Part shown: piece by piece, positions 38,001 to 51,208 of the stretch
Position numbering within the stretch: the stretch's first letter is position 1
How the letters are laid out: every line of letters starts with the position of its first letter
Assembly (NCBI GenBank): GCA_964247055.1
Contig: OZ176052.1
Location: 12,524,001-12,588,000, forward strand
Length of the DNA stretch: 64,000 bases
Source of the DNA: Paragordius varius
Taxonomy: Eukaryota; Animalia; Nematomorpha
Direction: 5' to 3'
Made by a program: the position numbers and the translations under genes
Notes under the pieces: model-generated
Seen by the model: only the letters and a program-made list of their open reading frames with translations
What the model was told of the DNA's origin: nothing
The model's database searches: none

Positions 38001-39143
38001 AATTTTTTTGGATATATAAAATTTATTTTTGATTTACGTTTATAATGCATTATTTTATATTATTGTTATTATAGGATATTTGGAAGTTCCTGGTATGTTT
38101 TTATATTTACCGTTAAATCTAACTTATTTTTTAAAATTAAGGCATTTTAATATATGATTTTTATTATGTTATTCAAGGATTAGCAGATGATGGAAACAGT
38201 TTGCATAGCCGCTATTCATCTGCCACTTATTTAGCGGATAATTCAATCACTATATTGGAGATTTATCAAGGAGGTTACCCAAAGTAAATTTTTCGTATTC
38301 GTAAAAATAATTAGGTTTTATATAATATAATTTACATAATATTTTAAATTTGAATGATGTTTGTTTAGATACCTTATTCTTCCTGACGATTATTTGAATG
38401 CAAATCGTTTGGCCAAATTGAAAGGAACTAAACTTCACATATATAATGATCACGCCTTTATAGCTCAAAGAGTACCCAAGTATTTCATTATATATCAAAA
38501 AATAATTACAGTAAAATTCGATAAAATATTAAATGTTGCAACAACCATACCACACTTTTAAAACCTTTCCATAAATTATTTGACAACACTTGTAAAATAT
38601 ATTAATTGATTGTATTAATCTCTATTTGTTATATTTAAAATTATATTAAAACAAATACAGCGGTCTTTTAAAAATATACTCTAGTTTTCCCCTTTGATCT
38701 GTATAATTTTAATTTTTACTAAATTCAATCCATTTGTCTATTATGATAGGGACACAGAATGTGATTGTTGTCGCAAAATGATCGGAGGTCACATTGGCAA
38801 AAATGGATATGTTTGTCGAGGTTTTCTTTTCAAAATATTATTAAAAAATTTTTTTATGAAAAGAGGTGTTAGAAATGATATTAAACATGCCTAAAAAATT
38901 TTCACAGTATAAATTTATTTCTTAATTCAGTAATATTTTACTGGTTTTTTGGTTTTATAGATTGCGGCGCAGTGGTGCACAAAGGCTGTCACGATCGAAT
39001 CGAAAACAGATGTCCAGCCCCTAAAATTTCATCCTTAGAAATGTATAACACATTTTTTTATTTCTTTAAAGTTTAAACAATATATATTATATATATATAT
39101 ATATGTTAATTTTTTATGCAGGATATACCTCCTACCCATATAA
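28808..39143 (+). CDS. C2CD2L: C2CD2L/TMEM24-like lipid-transfer protein (TM, SMP-like, C2, C-terminal C1; Drosophila CG10737-like)
   Basis: About 20 in-phase exons, e.g. 28808-29256, 31406-31622, 31693-31812, 33068-33193, 33513-33801, 33875-34161, 35006-35289, 35747-35970, 36325-36450, ..., 38961-39042, 39122-39143. TM: DLLLVGWFIASVVIAAFVYII. C2: LFVKVVKANGL, NPFWDENFLFDL, DFLGQVIIP. C1: KGTKLHIYNDHAF...CDCC...GKNGYVCRDC...HKGC...C. Last exon tentative. Confidence 0.85.
29370..30602. mobile_element. Long palindromic (foldback) MITE in C2CD2L intron 1
   Basis: About 500-bp arms, e.g. GAGGCATTATGGAAACGGTATAAAAACGCTTT vs AAAGCGTTTTTATACCATTTCTATAATGCCTC; related to 47842-48871. Confidence 0.8.
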
Positions 39144-40363
39144 AGAAAAATTAACTTCTACAATATCTGATGAGCGCATAACAGACAATAAAGTATAATT
39201 TTTTATACTAATTATTAAAATATTTGAATTATAATTTAAAGTTGAAAATTTTTACAATTAGGGATATGATGGAATAAAAAGAAAAAATAAAATAACCCAA
39301 GCCATCGATTTTTTAAGCTCAATATTTGGATCCAACAAATAATTGAAAACAAAACCTTCTTGTTTTAAGAGATAATGAATTTAACTGTTTAGTTTTTAAT
39401 TATTATAACCAATTACAAAAATAGTTTCACCGATCTATCCAAATATTAAAAAATGCAAATTTTAAAAATTAATAACTAATACTAATTATTTAGGGTAAGG
39501 TTTGAAATTGTATGAGAAAACCAATGAATGTTTAAATTAAAAATAACCAATTTAATGTTATATGGATAATAAACCTCTGAAAAATAAATATAATTACTAG
39601 TGCTGTATATATTGATATATTATTCAAATAAAATATACTTCGTAAAAATAGTAAAACTTTAACCCTGGATAAACCAGTCATTTTTTATGTAAAGAATTAA
39701 AAATCTTTAAAAAGAGAGGAAAAGCTAATAATTTTTTGTCCTGCATTCACCGAATTGTTTTTATTTTCACCGGTTCCCGTTTTAAGAACATTTTGAGTTA
39801 CTAAGTTTTATATTGCCATATAAGTTTACAATTCTTTATATTAAATCACGAACAGATTAATCTTAGGTTACTTCTATTTTTAATCCACGAATTATTAAAA
39901 TTTTTTTTTATAGAGAATGGATGCCATAAAATCATGAAATGCATGGATAATCAATCACTTTCAGGAGGATAACACTTTTACATTCATTGTGATAATGTAG
40001 CAACCATCCTTACTTATTATAATATCATGAGTGCAATAATAAAATATATTTTAGATATGATTTATCAAATAAATGTACTTTGATTGGCTAAACAATTTTT
40101 TTTTATAAAATATGTGCAGTTGACACCATGTGAAAAATTATTTTTCACAATGTTCTATTAAATTTTAGCACTTTATGCATAAAATGATTTTTCAAATGAA
40201 ATAGCATGCTTCAAAAATTAACCAGATTACAGGTCGCATATATTTTCTTATATTAGGAGATTTATCATCCTAAAACTAGCAAAACATTTTTGTAACGTGA
40301 CTTTCCTTTACAGTTTGTGTGGTATATAAAATTAAAATTCAGAATGAGTCAATAAAAACCAAT

Positions 40364-40560
40364 TTAATACTTGGATACAATACATACATTCGTTTCTGTT
40401 CTTCGATTCATTTTGGGGTGGTTGGATACCCCAGGCTTGTTTAAAATTAAATACTTGAAAAAATATGAAAGTAATCGAAATCATAAGTGTTAATTATTTC
40501 ACAACTTCAAAACTTTGGCAAATATATCATTTTTTAAAAAAATTTAAGAAGTAAAAAATT
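40364..40560 (-). mobile_element. Truncated piggyBac-like MITE end
   Basis: TTAATACTTGGATACAA...TTCGATTCATTTTGGGG matches the family's right end in reverse. Confidence 0.7.
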
Positions 40561-41024
40561 AAACGCTCTTAGAATAAATTTCTTTGAGGATTAAAATTGA
40601 TATTAAATACAACCACTAGCTCCGCTTTTAATTCATTAACAAAATTATAGTTATCTCTAGTTATATTCCTAATTTTTTAGTTTATAGCTTAGTTTTGAGA
40701 GGTTTCGAAAACTCAAACGCCAATAATGCAAATAGGATCTTAATATAATAATATAAAAATTATATAGAAATGATTACTAATATCGCTTACACAATCTAAC
40801 AGACAAATATCTAAATGAATTAATTTATTAAAATACTAAACGATAGCCAAAAAGGCAAATTCATTATTAAAAGATTATAAATGATTGTTAAAATAAATAT
40901 TGTGGTATAATAAATACATGACATAAAATTATTTTAATATACAAGTAAATGATTTAAACACAAAACTTTTTCAAAATTTGTCATGAGATTCAAATTTTGC
41001 ACTTAAGAGCACGCCATTATATTT

Positions 41025-43547
41025 ATGGATTCCATATTCAAACATTATTGGCAAATACTTTCTTATCGTGCTAACATGGTGTCAACCTATTTATCTAGCA
41101 TCCCAAATCAATTAACCACCAACCTCAATAACTATACCAACAAAATCAATGCTGTTGAAATGGACAGACGACAAAATGTCGGTTCTTCTCCAACTATTGT
41201 TACAACATATTCACCAATCAATAATTATTCCTCACCAATTCCTGGGATGGGAATTTCGTTAGGAACCTCCAACGCCTCTAATGAACATAATGAGGACGAA
41301 AGACAAAACATGGCGGTAACCAATTTAGTTTTATGGCGTCAACCGAGAGAAACTATCATACATTTCACGGATGAAATATCCATACAAATGAAACGCATAC
41401 AGCTATGGTCCGTAAAACATAAAATAGCCTTAAGCCTCTTTATCCTGTTCTGTGTTTTATTCCTAATTCGTGAACGATTTTGGCTCTTAAGCCTTATTTT
41501 CTACTATGTACATTGGTTAAATTTGGGAATTCTGTCTTCCATAGGCATAGGGACGGGCCTTCACACCTATCTTTTATACCTGGGTAATAAACCCACATTA
41601 TCTAATTATAGTTAAAAATAATTTAAATAGATAAAAAGCGCTTTTTGAAAAAATCATAACGATCAGTTTCTGTCAAAATTATTTTTTTTATCAAAATATT
41701 GATTAGGTCCATTCATAAGCAAAGTCACGATAATGAGTCAAATATGTAAAACGATCGATTTCCCACAACCACCCTATCCTTACACAATAAAATGCCCTAA
41801 AACATTGATGTATTATATACATCGGATTCTACCTTCCAACAAAACGTCTATCACCATTTTTAATATATATGCAAAAGTGTTTGGTGAAGTTTTTATGTGG
41901 GGTTTGGGAACCGCTTTGGGAGAATTGCCAGGCTATTTTTTAGGTGTTAAATTACTCCATATTTTTCAATCAAAGTTAACCGATTGCTATGGTTACTCTG
42001 ATAACTATATTTTAGTTATCAGTGGAACTTGTAAATTAAAAAAGATTGTGGACATATAGTACTCCAGCACGGAATACGAGGTTAAACAATAATGTTGTTA
42101 AACCTTATAATATTTAATCATTTTCATCATTCATATAATATAAAATAGACTATTTGTTTGTATCAATTTTTTTATCCTACCATATTTTAGTTAATTATTT
42201 ATTGGCAAATATATCGCCGTCATTTTTGATTCGGCTTATCAATGAATCGTTGACAATATGATTTGCTGATTGCCATAAAGTAAAAAAATTGCCCGTGAAA
42301 CGATTTAATTTTACATGTTTGATATCCTAACATCATCAGCTTTTCGAAAATACAACGACCCTTATCTTTCATATTCCTGATACAATTTAAGTGCTTACTA
42401 AACTGTATAGGTATGTACTAAACAGGAACAAAGGTTGACTAAGATTTTTTTGTTGTAACACTTTCACCTAGCACGAATTCATTCAATACAACTATCGTTT
42501 ACTAACTTTATATATTGTCTTGCACACAATTTTACGCCTAACACCCTAAAGCGGCTTCGAAATGGTTCCATGAATATAACCCGCTAAAGCCAATAATCTT
42601 TTATCGAAAACCGCTTTCCAAATTATATTAAGACTGTGAGGACAATATATTGATTTATCTATTTATACGAATTTCCCCAAAAATTTGAAGGGCCGAAAAA
42701 AATATTTTTTTTGTTAATACCAAATAATATTTTATAGTTGTCTGACAGATTAGCAGATATTTATGATATAATAATTAAATAAATATTTCAGGGCTATAAA
42801 AATTTTTAGGGCTCCGGGAATACTGGTGTAAGGCGTAAATTCACTAACCGATTCTTTTTATGCAATTGGATACATTGCTAGTAGAAAGTTGATATTCTAT
42901 TTTTTTGGTTAAAAGGTAAAACGATCCGTAACACACGTTCTCCCGAACTCAAGCGTCGATTATCGAGACCATTCCGAGCGTTTGTAATTGAATCAAATGG
43001 AACTCAACCTTCAACAAATTCTGCTATAAACACAAATCTAAGTTTAGCCTCAACATTCAGAAACAAATTTATTAACTCAAGTGACATTTATAGATCACAA
43101 GTTGTAATAACTAAATTTTTGGAAAAGGTCAAAAATTGGATTCTGTACACGGTTCATAATTTAGGATTTATGGGAATAATGTTTTTTTCAGCCATCCCCA
43201 ACCCATTTTTTGATCTTGTGGGCTTGGTAAGTGGACATGTGTTAATGGAATTTTGGAAATTTTTTACAGCATTACTGGTGGGAAAAGTAATTTTGAAGGC
43301 TCAACTGCAATCCTTAACCCTTATATACGTATTGCATATGAATTTTAATGAGAAAACCTACAAATCGATATTGAAAAAATATCAATGGATAATAAATAAT
43401 TTGAATGTGATAACAAATACGAAAGATAATGGGTCAACAACATTACAAACTATATGGACGACATTTTCATGGATACTTTTTATTTATTTTATGATTAATC
43501 TCATAAATTCGCTGGCACAAGCTAATAAATGTCGTTATATAAAGTAA
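41025..43547 (+). CDS. VMP1: Vacuole membrane protein 1
   Basis: Exons 41025-41583, 41707-41943, 42916-43547. Motifs [55 protein letters not shown]. Confidence 0.95.
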
Positions 43548-43552
43548 ATATT

Positions 43553-43999
43553 TTAATTTCGTTGAGATCTCCTTTTACGAGAAGAATCACTCAGTTTGTC
43601 TTCTTTTTTAATATCTTCTTTTTTGGATAGCTTACTTGAATTATATTTAGCGGAATAATTTTTAATCAAATTATCGTATTCGTCAGGGAGAACAAAGTCT
43701 TGAGTGTCCAACTTGAACGGCATTTTAGCCCGATCATCCTAAAAATTATTATTTTTGTACACATGAATCTAGATCGTATAATTCGCTAAGTTTTTTCCAT
43801 ATTTCATCAGTTGAGATCATGATTGGAGATTTTTCCATAAACTTAGAATATATCTCCATCATATTAAAATGTTTATTAATCCCTACAGATTATATGATAT
43901 TATACCAGCAGGCTTATATTCTTTCAAAATATCTAAAAGTAAAATCATTGTTGGCAATGTCCAAGTTTTTTCTTCATTTTTTCCACTATCTTGAGTCAT
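43553..43999 (-). CDS. MRGBP: MRG-binding protein (Eaf7 family, NuA4/TIP60 subunit), 133 aa
   Basis: Exons 43999-43906, 43882-43761, 43738-43553; introns 23 and 22 nt. Product contains WTLPTMILLLDILKEYKPAGINKHFNMMEIY...DEIWKKLSELYDLD...PF...DFVLPDE, matching the Eaf7 KPxGxxxHF and IWxxLxxxYD motifs. Not in the ORF track. Confidence 0.9.
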
Positions 44000-44093
44000 T
44001 TCAAAATTAAATTTGTGTCATGTGCTGTTATATTTAACATTTGGTCACTTTTATGAAATTCAATATGGTTCGCTAATATTGGTGGACGGGAAT

Positions 44094-45046
44094 ATGGGTA
44101 TGGAATTCTTTAACCTTATTATAAATTTTTAATTTATAATATTTTAGATTGTAATTCTATATCTTCTATTTCTAACGAAACTAAAAGTAAAAGTAATGAT
44201 TTAGCTTTGGATAATGATAAAAAATCTCGTTCCCCATCTTTGGATCGAAAATCACGGTCCAGTTCAAATGAGCAAGAATGGAGAAAAAGACACCATCATT
44301 CAAAACATAATTCTCATCGTCGATCGCATAATGATAGGCGATCTAGGTCGCGTTCATCTCATCGAAGGCATCGCAGACGATCTCGGTCTCCTGTTCATAT
44401 ATCCAGGGCAACGTTTCCCACAAAGCCGAATCCAATTGTGACGCAACCTATCAATTTTTATAAAGCTAATAAAGCCAAAGTTACTGCGCCCACTTCTGCA
44501 GCTGGTGCTCCCAGCGTGTCTCTTCCAAGTTACTATAATCCTGAAACGGTTGATCCAGTTAAATATGCAGAGCGCATGCAAAAGCGAAAATTATTATGGA
44601 GTTCAAAAAAAGCTCAAGACGTCTCTGATTCTTCTCTAAAACCTATATCAGCCACCTTTATTGCTGCTGCCCCTGGTGATGCAGAGAACACTAAACCTAA
44701 CTTTACTCCAACCTCCAAAGCCAGACAAGTCAATGATTCTGGTGACAAAGTTAACATGACTGAACTTTATTGGAAGAAAACTGCATTTTCTGACACAACT
44801 CAAACTGAAAAGTTCCGCAAACTTATGGGTATCAAAAAAACTGCAAATAATAACGGATCCACTGAAATTGATAATGATGTAGTCTTGACTGAAGAGGAAA
44901 AGCAAAGGCGTCAAGAATTGTATGAAAGATTAAATCGCCAATATGAAGTTGCTCGAATGTCTACACATACTATGCGTGGAATGGGACTTGGATTTGCTTC
45001 CAATATCATAGGGAGTACTCCCACAAATCCCACATCTCCAAAATGA
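44094..45046 (+). CDS. RSRC2: Arginine/serine-rich coiled-coil protein 2
   Basis: RS-rich N-terminus; KYAERMQKRKLLW, EKFRKLMGIK, QYEVARMSTHTMRGMGLGF. Probable start: ATG-G at 44094-44097, a 50-nt intron, then exon from 44148. Confidence 0.9.
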
Positions 45047-45179
45047 TCATTTATAACGAATATATGTTAATATAAAATAAATATGTGATTTGTAATACAG
45101 TAGTTATGAAACCAGAATGTTTCATATTAAATATTAATTACATGTTGTGATGGTTCTTAAAATAATAATTACACTATAT

Positions 45180-47560
45180 GATATCGCTCTTTCGAGCGGT
45201 CATTTTCTTAAAACATTTCGCCATACAACCGTGTTTATGACGTCTTCGCGCTTTAGCCATATCTCTTTAACTATTCATTCCATCGCATTTTAGGTCACCC
45301 TTTTACCTTCTATAAATATTAATCTTTTTACCGTTAAACTTACCATTTCTTCTTTCTATGTGTTGAAACGGTTTTTTTAAGACTTAAATCTTTTGTGTTA
45401 TCGGTTTTATTTATTTTCCTCTAATATGTCAATTCTTCGTAGTCTCTCGTTATTAATCACTTCAATCTATGCATTCTCTGTTCAGTAATAAGGTGTTTTT
45501 TTCTGAAAACTTTAGTGCCGTATTATATATTATTGTTGGCTGTGCAACAGCCGTATAAATCTTACCCTTAACTTTCTAATCAATTTTATCGCATACATTT
45601 TCGATAGTTTTTTGCCCAACTATTTTTAATTTATATCATACGATAAAAAAACCCAAAAATCGCTCTTTTGTGACTCACCCTCTTCCAATTCTATTTCTCT
45701 TTTTTTTCCACCAAAATTTATTTCAATTCATGAAACTTGTCTGACCAACTGCATAAAGCAAATACCAACCATTTATTGTCCTACTATTTTAAAATTACGT
45801 CCATGCATACGATAAATAGCAACGCTCAGTGTCTGAACCTTGATAGCCGCTTTGGGTTAATTTAATAAGATCTGACTTTTCCTCATGTGTTTATGCTTTG
45901 GATGGTAAGAACTTGCACACTTGGGATTTTTATGTAAATGAGCACATTGTATTTCGTGGTATCCTGCCAAACACGTTTTCAATGACGATATAAATTTCAT
46001 TTTCCTTTCTATATGCTTTTCAATTAACCTGCTAACTGCGTAAATCGGATGTATGATGGATTTTCCAGGAATAAAACCACCTCCTATACTAACCATTCTT
46101 CTTATCCGTTTTTCTATAACTGTCTTAAATAATTTGTTTATAAACATCAATTTTAGTTCTCTTTAATTGTCACAATCATTAAAATATCCTTCATCCTTAA
46201 AACACTTCATGACCTTTTCACTTTTTTTTGTCTGAAATGACTTATTGGGGTAGTTTTAAATCCTAAACCTTTTGTAATTATACAATTGTTTTAAAAATTA
46301 TTTTTTTAAAATTAATTACAAACATTGTTTTCATGTATTAGGTAAAATAAACCTTTTTACACTTTTATAACTTGTCTAAAATTGTAGTACCTCCAAAACA
46401 CGATTAAACTAAATGATTTTAAAATCAATAAATATTAAGTTTTTTTTGGTAAAATGCCACCTGGAAACTAATAAAGATGCTTATTTATATTTTCTATACA
46501 TTTATTTGCCTATTATATAAATTAATTTAGAAAAAATAAAGAAAAAAAATGACCAAAAGTTTGAAGTAAGGGTTTTTAAAAAAAATTGTATTATGTGCAT
46601 AAAGGGATAAAGGAAGCATTTTTAAATTCGTCCCAATACCTTAAATACATACTATTGATATTCAAATTTCAAAGTGCTCTGGGAAAAATATTATCAAAAA
46701 TAAGTACAGTAAAACTTTCCTCCCATTCAGACATATTATAACCTGTAATAACTTTATCTATAAAATATCCGTTAAAATTTTACACCTTTTTGTAACCTTA
46801 TTTTCCAACAAATTTTGTTATTATCTTCTGGCATTCAGCTTTATGTAATAGTCACCTCTACCCGGACTTCTTTACTAATACCTTTAATTTGCGCAGATGC
46901 ATAATTAGGTGTTTCGACTAAATTTGTTTCACAGACCCCCAATTTTAGAAAAATTTTTTCGTCTCTAAAACTTTCTCTTAATTAACCAGTATCCCGCTTT
47001 TGTGTTTCATAGCGCTCGCCTTCTCATTGTGTTTTGTCGAACAATTTTAAAAACTTTATTTTTAAACTTTGATACTATTTAACTCTTCAGTGGGCTCTTT
47101 TTGACCATTCTTACATCACCGCTCAAATAATTATGAAATATATATTTGTCCAGTTTCCTCTGAATGGCATTAACGCTATATAAACTGTTTTTTCTAACAA
47201 TCAATACTGATACCTACAGCACGTCAAACCTAAATTATTGGTTAGCAATCTTGGACTCACTATCATAACGACCCTAGTGTAAATACTTAACTTAAATAAA
47301 ACCTTTTATAGCTACCCTCTAACGTGTTGGTCCCGTTTCCACGCTATCTACCCTCCTGACAAGATATTAATATTTTTTAACCTCACAGTTTCTATTAACT
47401 CATATATTTTACTTTTTAACGGACCAACATTTAAACTGGCAAAACACAATCTCCATCCTTAATCTTCATTGGCCCCACTCCGGCTAACGATTGGCCGGGT
47501 ATAGTTTGCAGCCCTCATACGCCGAACCCATATTTTATCAAAATACAATTAAATAGAATG
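45180..47560 (-). mobile_element. Decayed near-full-length RTE-clade LINE
   Basis: APE remnant (ASLNVGPLKSK...NINIL) near 47450; RT remnant GFIPGKSIIHPIYAVSRLIEK (ORF 45857-46150); C-terminal remnant near 45200. Many stops; boundaries approximate. Confidence 0.8.
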
Positions 47561-47841
47561 ATAAAATCCAATATACAGTCGGAAAAATAAATAAAAAGAG
47601 TAAGATAGATGCCTTAATAATTAAACCAAAAATAAAAAATATATTGAATGAATAAAAATGCAAATATAAACACATAGTTCAAACTAATGAATGAGGATTA
47701 CGAATTATGAATCGGAATGTATAATTTACATTTTGAGTTATATTCCGAAATCCGCAGGATATATACCAAAATTTGTTAAAATTTAATTTAACCAAGTGCA
47801 ATTTTTCATATTTTTTATTAATGTCATAATTTAGCTTATGC

Positions 47842-48871
47842 ACAGTGTTCAAGAAAAAAATGAAATAAATGTGATCTAATCAAAAAATGTATATCATGGT
47901 GTTCGATTTGGCCGTGAGTGTTTTAAAAAAATTATTCACACTTTTTTGGCAAGTGCTCCGCATCAAAAAAATTTAATTTAAAGATATGGGCTCCAAAAGT
48001 CCCATTTTATCACTCTTTTTAAATAGTTTAGTTCTCTTAAACTGAACAAAAATGCCGGGATCGAGCGATAAAAATTTTAAATATATACTAAATTTTGACA
48101 TCAAATTTAAAAAATGCATACTTTTATCAAAAATTTAATTTTTAGCAAAATTATTAAAGCGTACTTCATGCTATTTTGAGGCATGTTAAAACGGTATAAA
48201 AGCGCTTAAATATAATTTAAAAACAAGTATTTGTCATTTGAGGATGCTGAACATTTTTATCACCTCATAATTTAAATTATTCTTTAGTCATATATTTAAG
48301 TCAAATATAATGGTGTTTTTTATAGAAATCACCAAAAAATTTGAAAGAAAACAGACTTTTAAAATTAATTTTAAAGCGGTAGAATGTTCACCATAAACAA
48401 ATTTTATAGAAAAAGTGTTTTACACTTCAAAAATTTTTGCTAATAATTAATTTTTGTAAAAAGATGCAAAAATATTTTTGTATGTCAAAATTTAACATTT
48501 ATTAAAAATTTTATCGCGCGATCCCAGCGTTTGTGCGTTTTCCTAAAAGAACTAGATTTGAGAAGAGAAAAAGAATTTGAGACTTTCGGAGCCCACATCT
48601 AAATTAAAATTACATTTTTGCTTTTTTTTATGTAGTTTAAAAATATTTAAATGATATTTTATGGAAAAGCGTTTAGCTTCCAAAAATTTTAAGAAAATAT
48701 GGGCAAATTTGCCATTTTTTATGGAGCACTTACCATAAAAGTGTGAATAACTTTCTTATATTTATCGTAAGAGCCAAAACCAAAAGCACCATAATAATCC
48801 TGATACATTTTACATTCAGGTTATATAGATATACATATTTTTAATAAGTTATTTTTTGTGGACATAGTGTA
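47842..48871. mobile_element. Long palindromic (foldback) MITE, same family as 29370-30602
   Basis: Starts CAGTGTTC; inverted arms (GGGCTCCAAAAGT / ACTTTCGGAGCCC; GATCGAGCGATAAAA / TTTTATCGCGCGATC). Confidence 0.8.
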
Positions 48872-49432
48872 AATACGGTAATAATAATAATAAACCTGCC
48901 ATGAAGTAATATATTATTTAAATAATATAATTTAAATGGGTAAAAACTTTAATTTGTCTTTCTATATAAATAAATCAAAATATGTAAATAAAATTTAGTT
49001 AAAAAAATTTCATATCAAACTATTTTGAAGCCGTTTTATTTAGAATATTTATTGATATCATATTTATTTGATTGTAACGCTTAAATTAAAGCTAATTTAT
49101 TATATAAAGCACATTTAACATTGATATGACCAGAAAAATAGTTAATCATTTATATATTAGCAAATTTGCGAATACCATTTTGACAACTAGAGGTTAAAGA
49201 ATAAAATAAGTTATCAATTTTTTTAATTAAATGTTTCTATAAAAAAACGGTGCATCATTATATAAGTGCAAACTTTTACAATGGTTTTATTTCTTATTTT
49301 TAGAAATATTTGATTTCACACACCTGCCCCAATTTGAATTGGAGGACTGAAATAATGTGTTGTAAAGAGGTAAAAATTAAACATCTGATACCATTTATCA
49401 GGTTAACATCGCGCTTCAGATTTCGCCATATT

Positions 49433-50175
<743 letters not shown>

Positions 50176-50504
50176 ATTTAACATTCATCCACATCATACC
50201 TGTAAATTTACCTATATAATATATCAATATGAAATTTTATTCATATCAATAAACAGATGAACATTTAGATTAGTTTTCATAATAAATTTTTAATACGAAC
50301 TTTATTAAATTTCTCATGTTTATTTTGCCTTCATATTTCATTGCCGGCTAGAAACACATTAAGCGAGAACATAAATGAATTATTTTAATATATTTTGTAA
50401 CCTCAGTGAGTCCACCTGTGACTAAGGCCTAAAAATATTATCGAGACGATGGCTTGAAGGTTCTAACCGCATTATCTATGGCGCCTCAATTAAAAAGTCG
50501 ATGT

Positions 50505-50684
50505 CAGTGGTACTCGCTCCAAAGTTTAAGGGGCCGCTAATATTTATGTCCAATGGACGTTCACTATATAATACCGATAAAAAATCAAAACAGTACACAT
50601 TTGCAGATATTTGTATTCAAAATATGTACATAAATAATTCCGGGCCATAAAAACAACTTTTAGGGCCGCGGTTTGAGTACCACG
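50505..50684. mobile_element. Short hAT MITE
   Basis: CAGTGGTACTC ... GGGCCGCGGTTTGAGTACCACG; no clear TSD. Confidence 0.65.
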
Positions 50685-51208
50685 CTCTGTGCGATCTAAT
50701 GTAACCAAAAAATCAGAAATTATTTTTCGACATAACAGATAATAAAAAATTATAGGTTTTTCCCAAAGATTTTATCTATGAAAAATAAATATTTAACTAA
50801 TTTTTTTGTTGTCTGATGGAAGCACTTAACATCTTCAATTGCATTTGCCAGGATTTGGAGTGTTCCGATATTGTGATTCAAACCCAAAATATAGAATTAC
50901 GGCTTTTTCAGGTCTTAACAAAATATAGTGATGAGAATTTTTAAACTCTTGTTTTGCCAAAGCAGCTTTCTAAATTTAAAGAATGTTCGTGATTGAGATG
51001 GGAGAGATATTAATTTAAATAATAATATTGATAATTAATTATGCTAAAAATGCGAAACAAAAAATATACAATATTTATGTTTCGTATCTGCATGGGCGAT
51101 CCATTGTCATAAAAAATCCAGCTAATACCGCTATATAGGAGATGATGTTTACCATATATTTTGTTAAATTAATAAATAAAAAACTTTTTTAGTTTTTGTA
51201 ACTCTACA

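Noticed and set aside
43819-44010. + strand 63-aa ORF
   Set aside because: Antisense to the MRGBP exons.
50815-50945. Short frame MEALNIFNCICQDLECSDIVIQ... faintly like a BTB start
   Set aside because: Weak similarity, early stop, no continuing exons.
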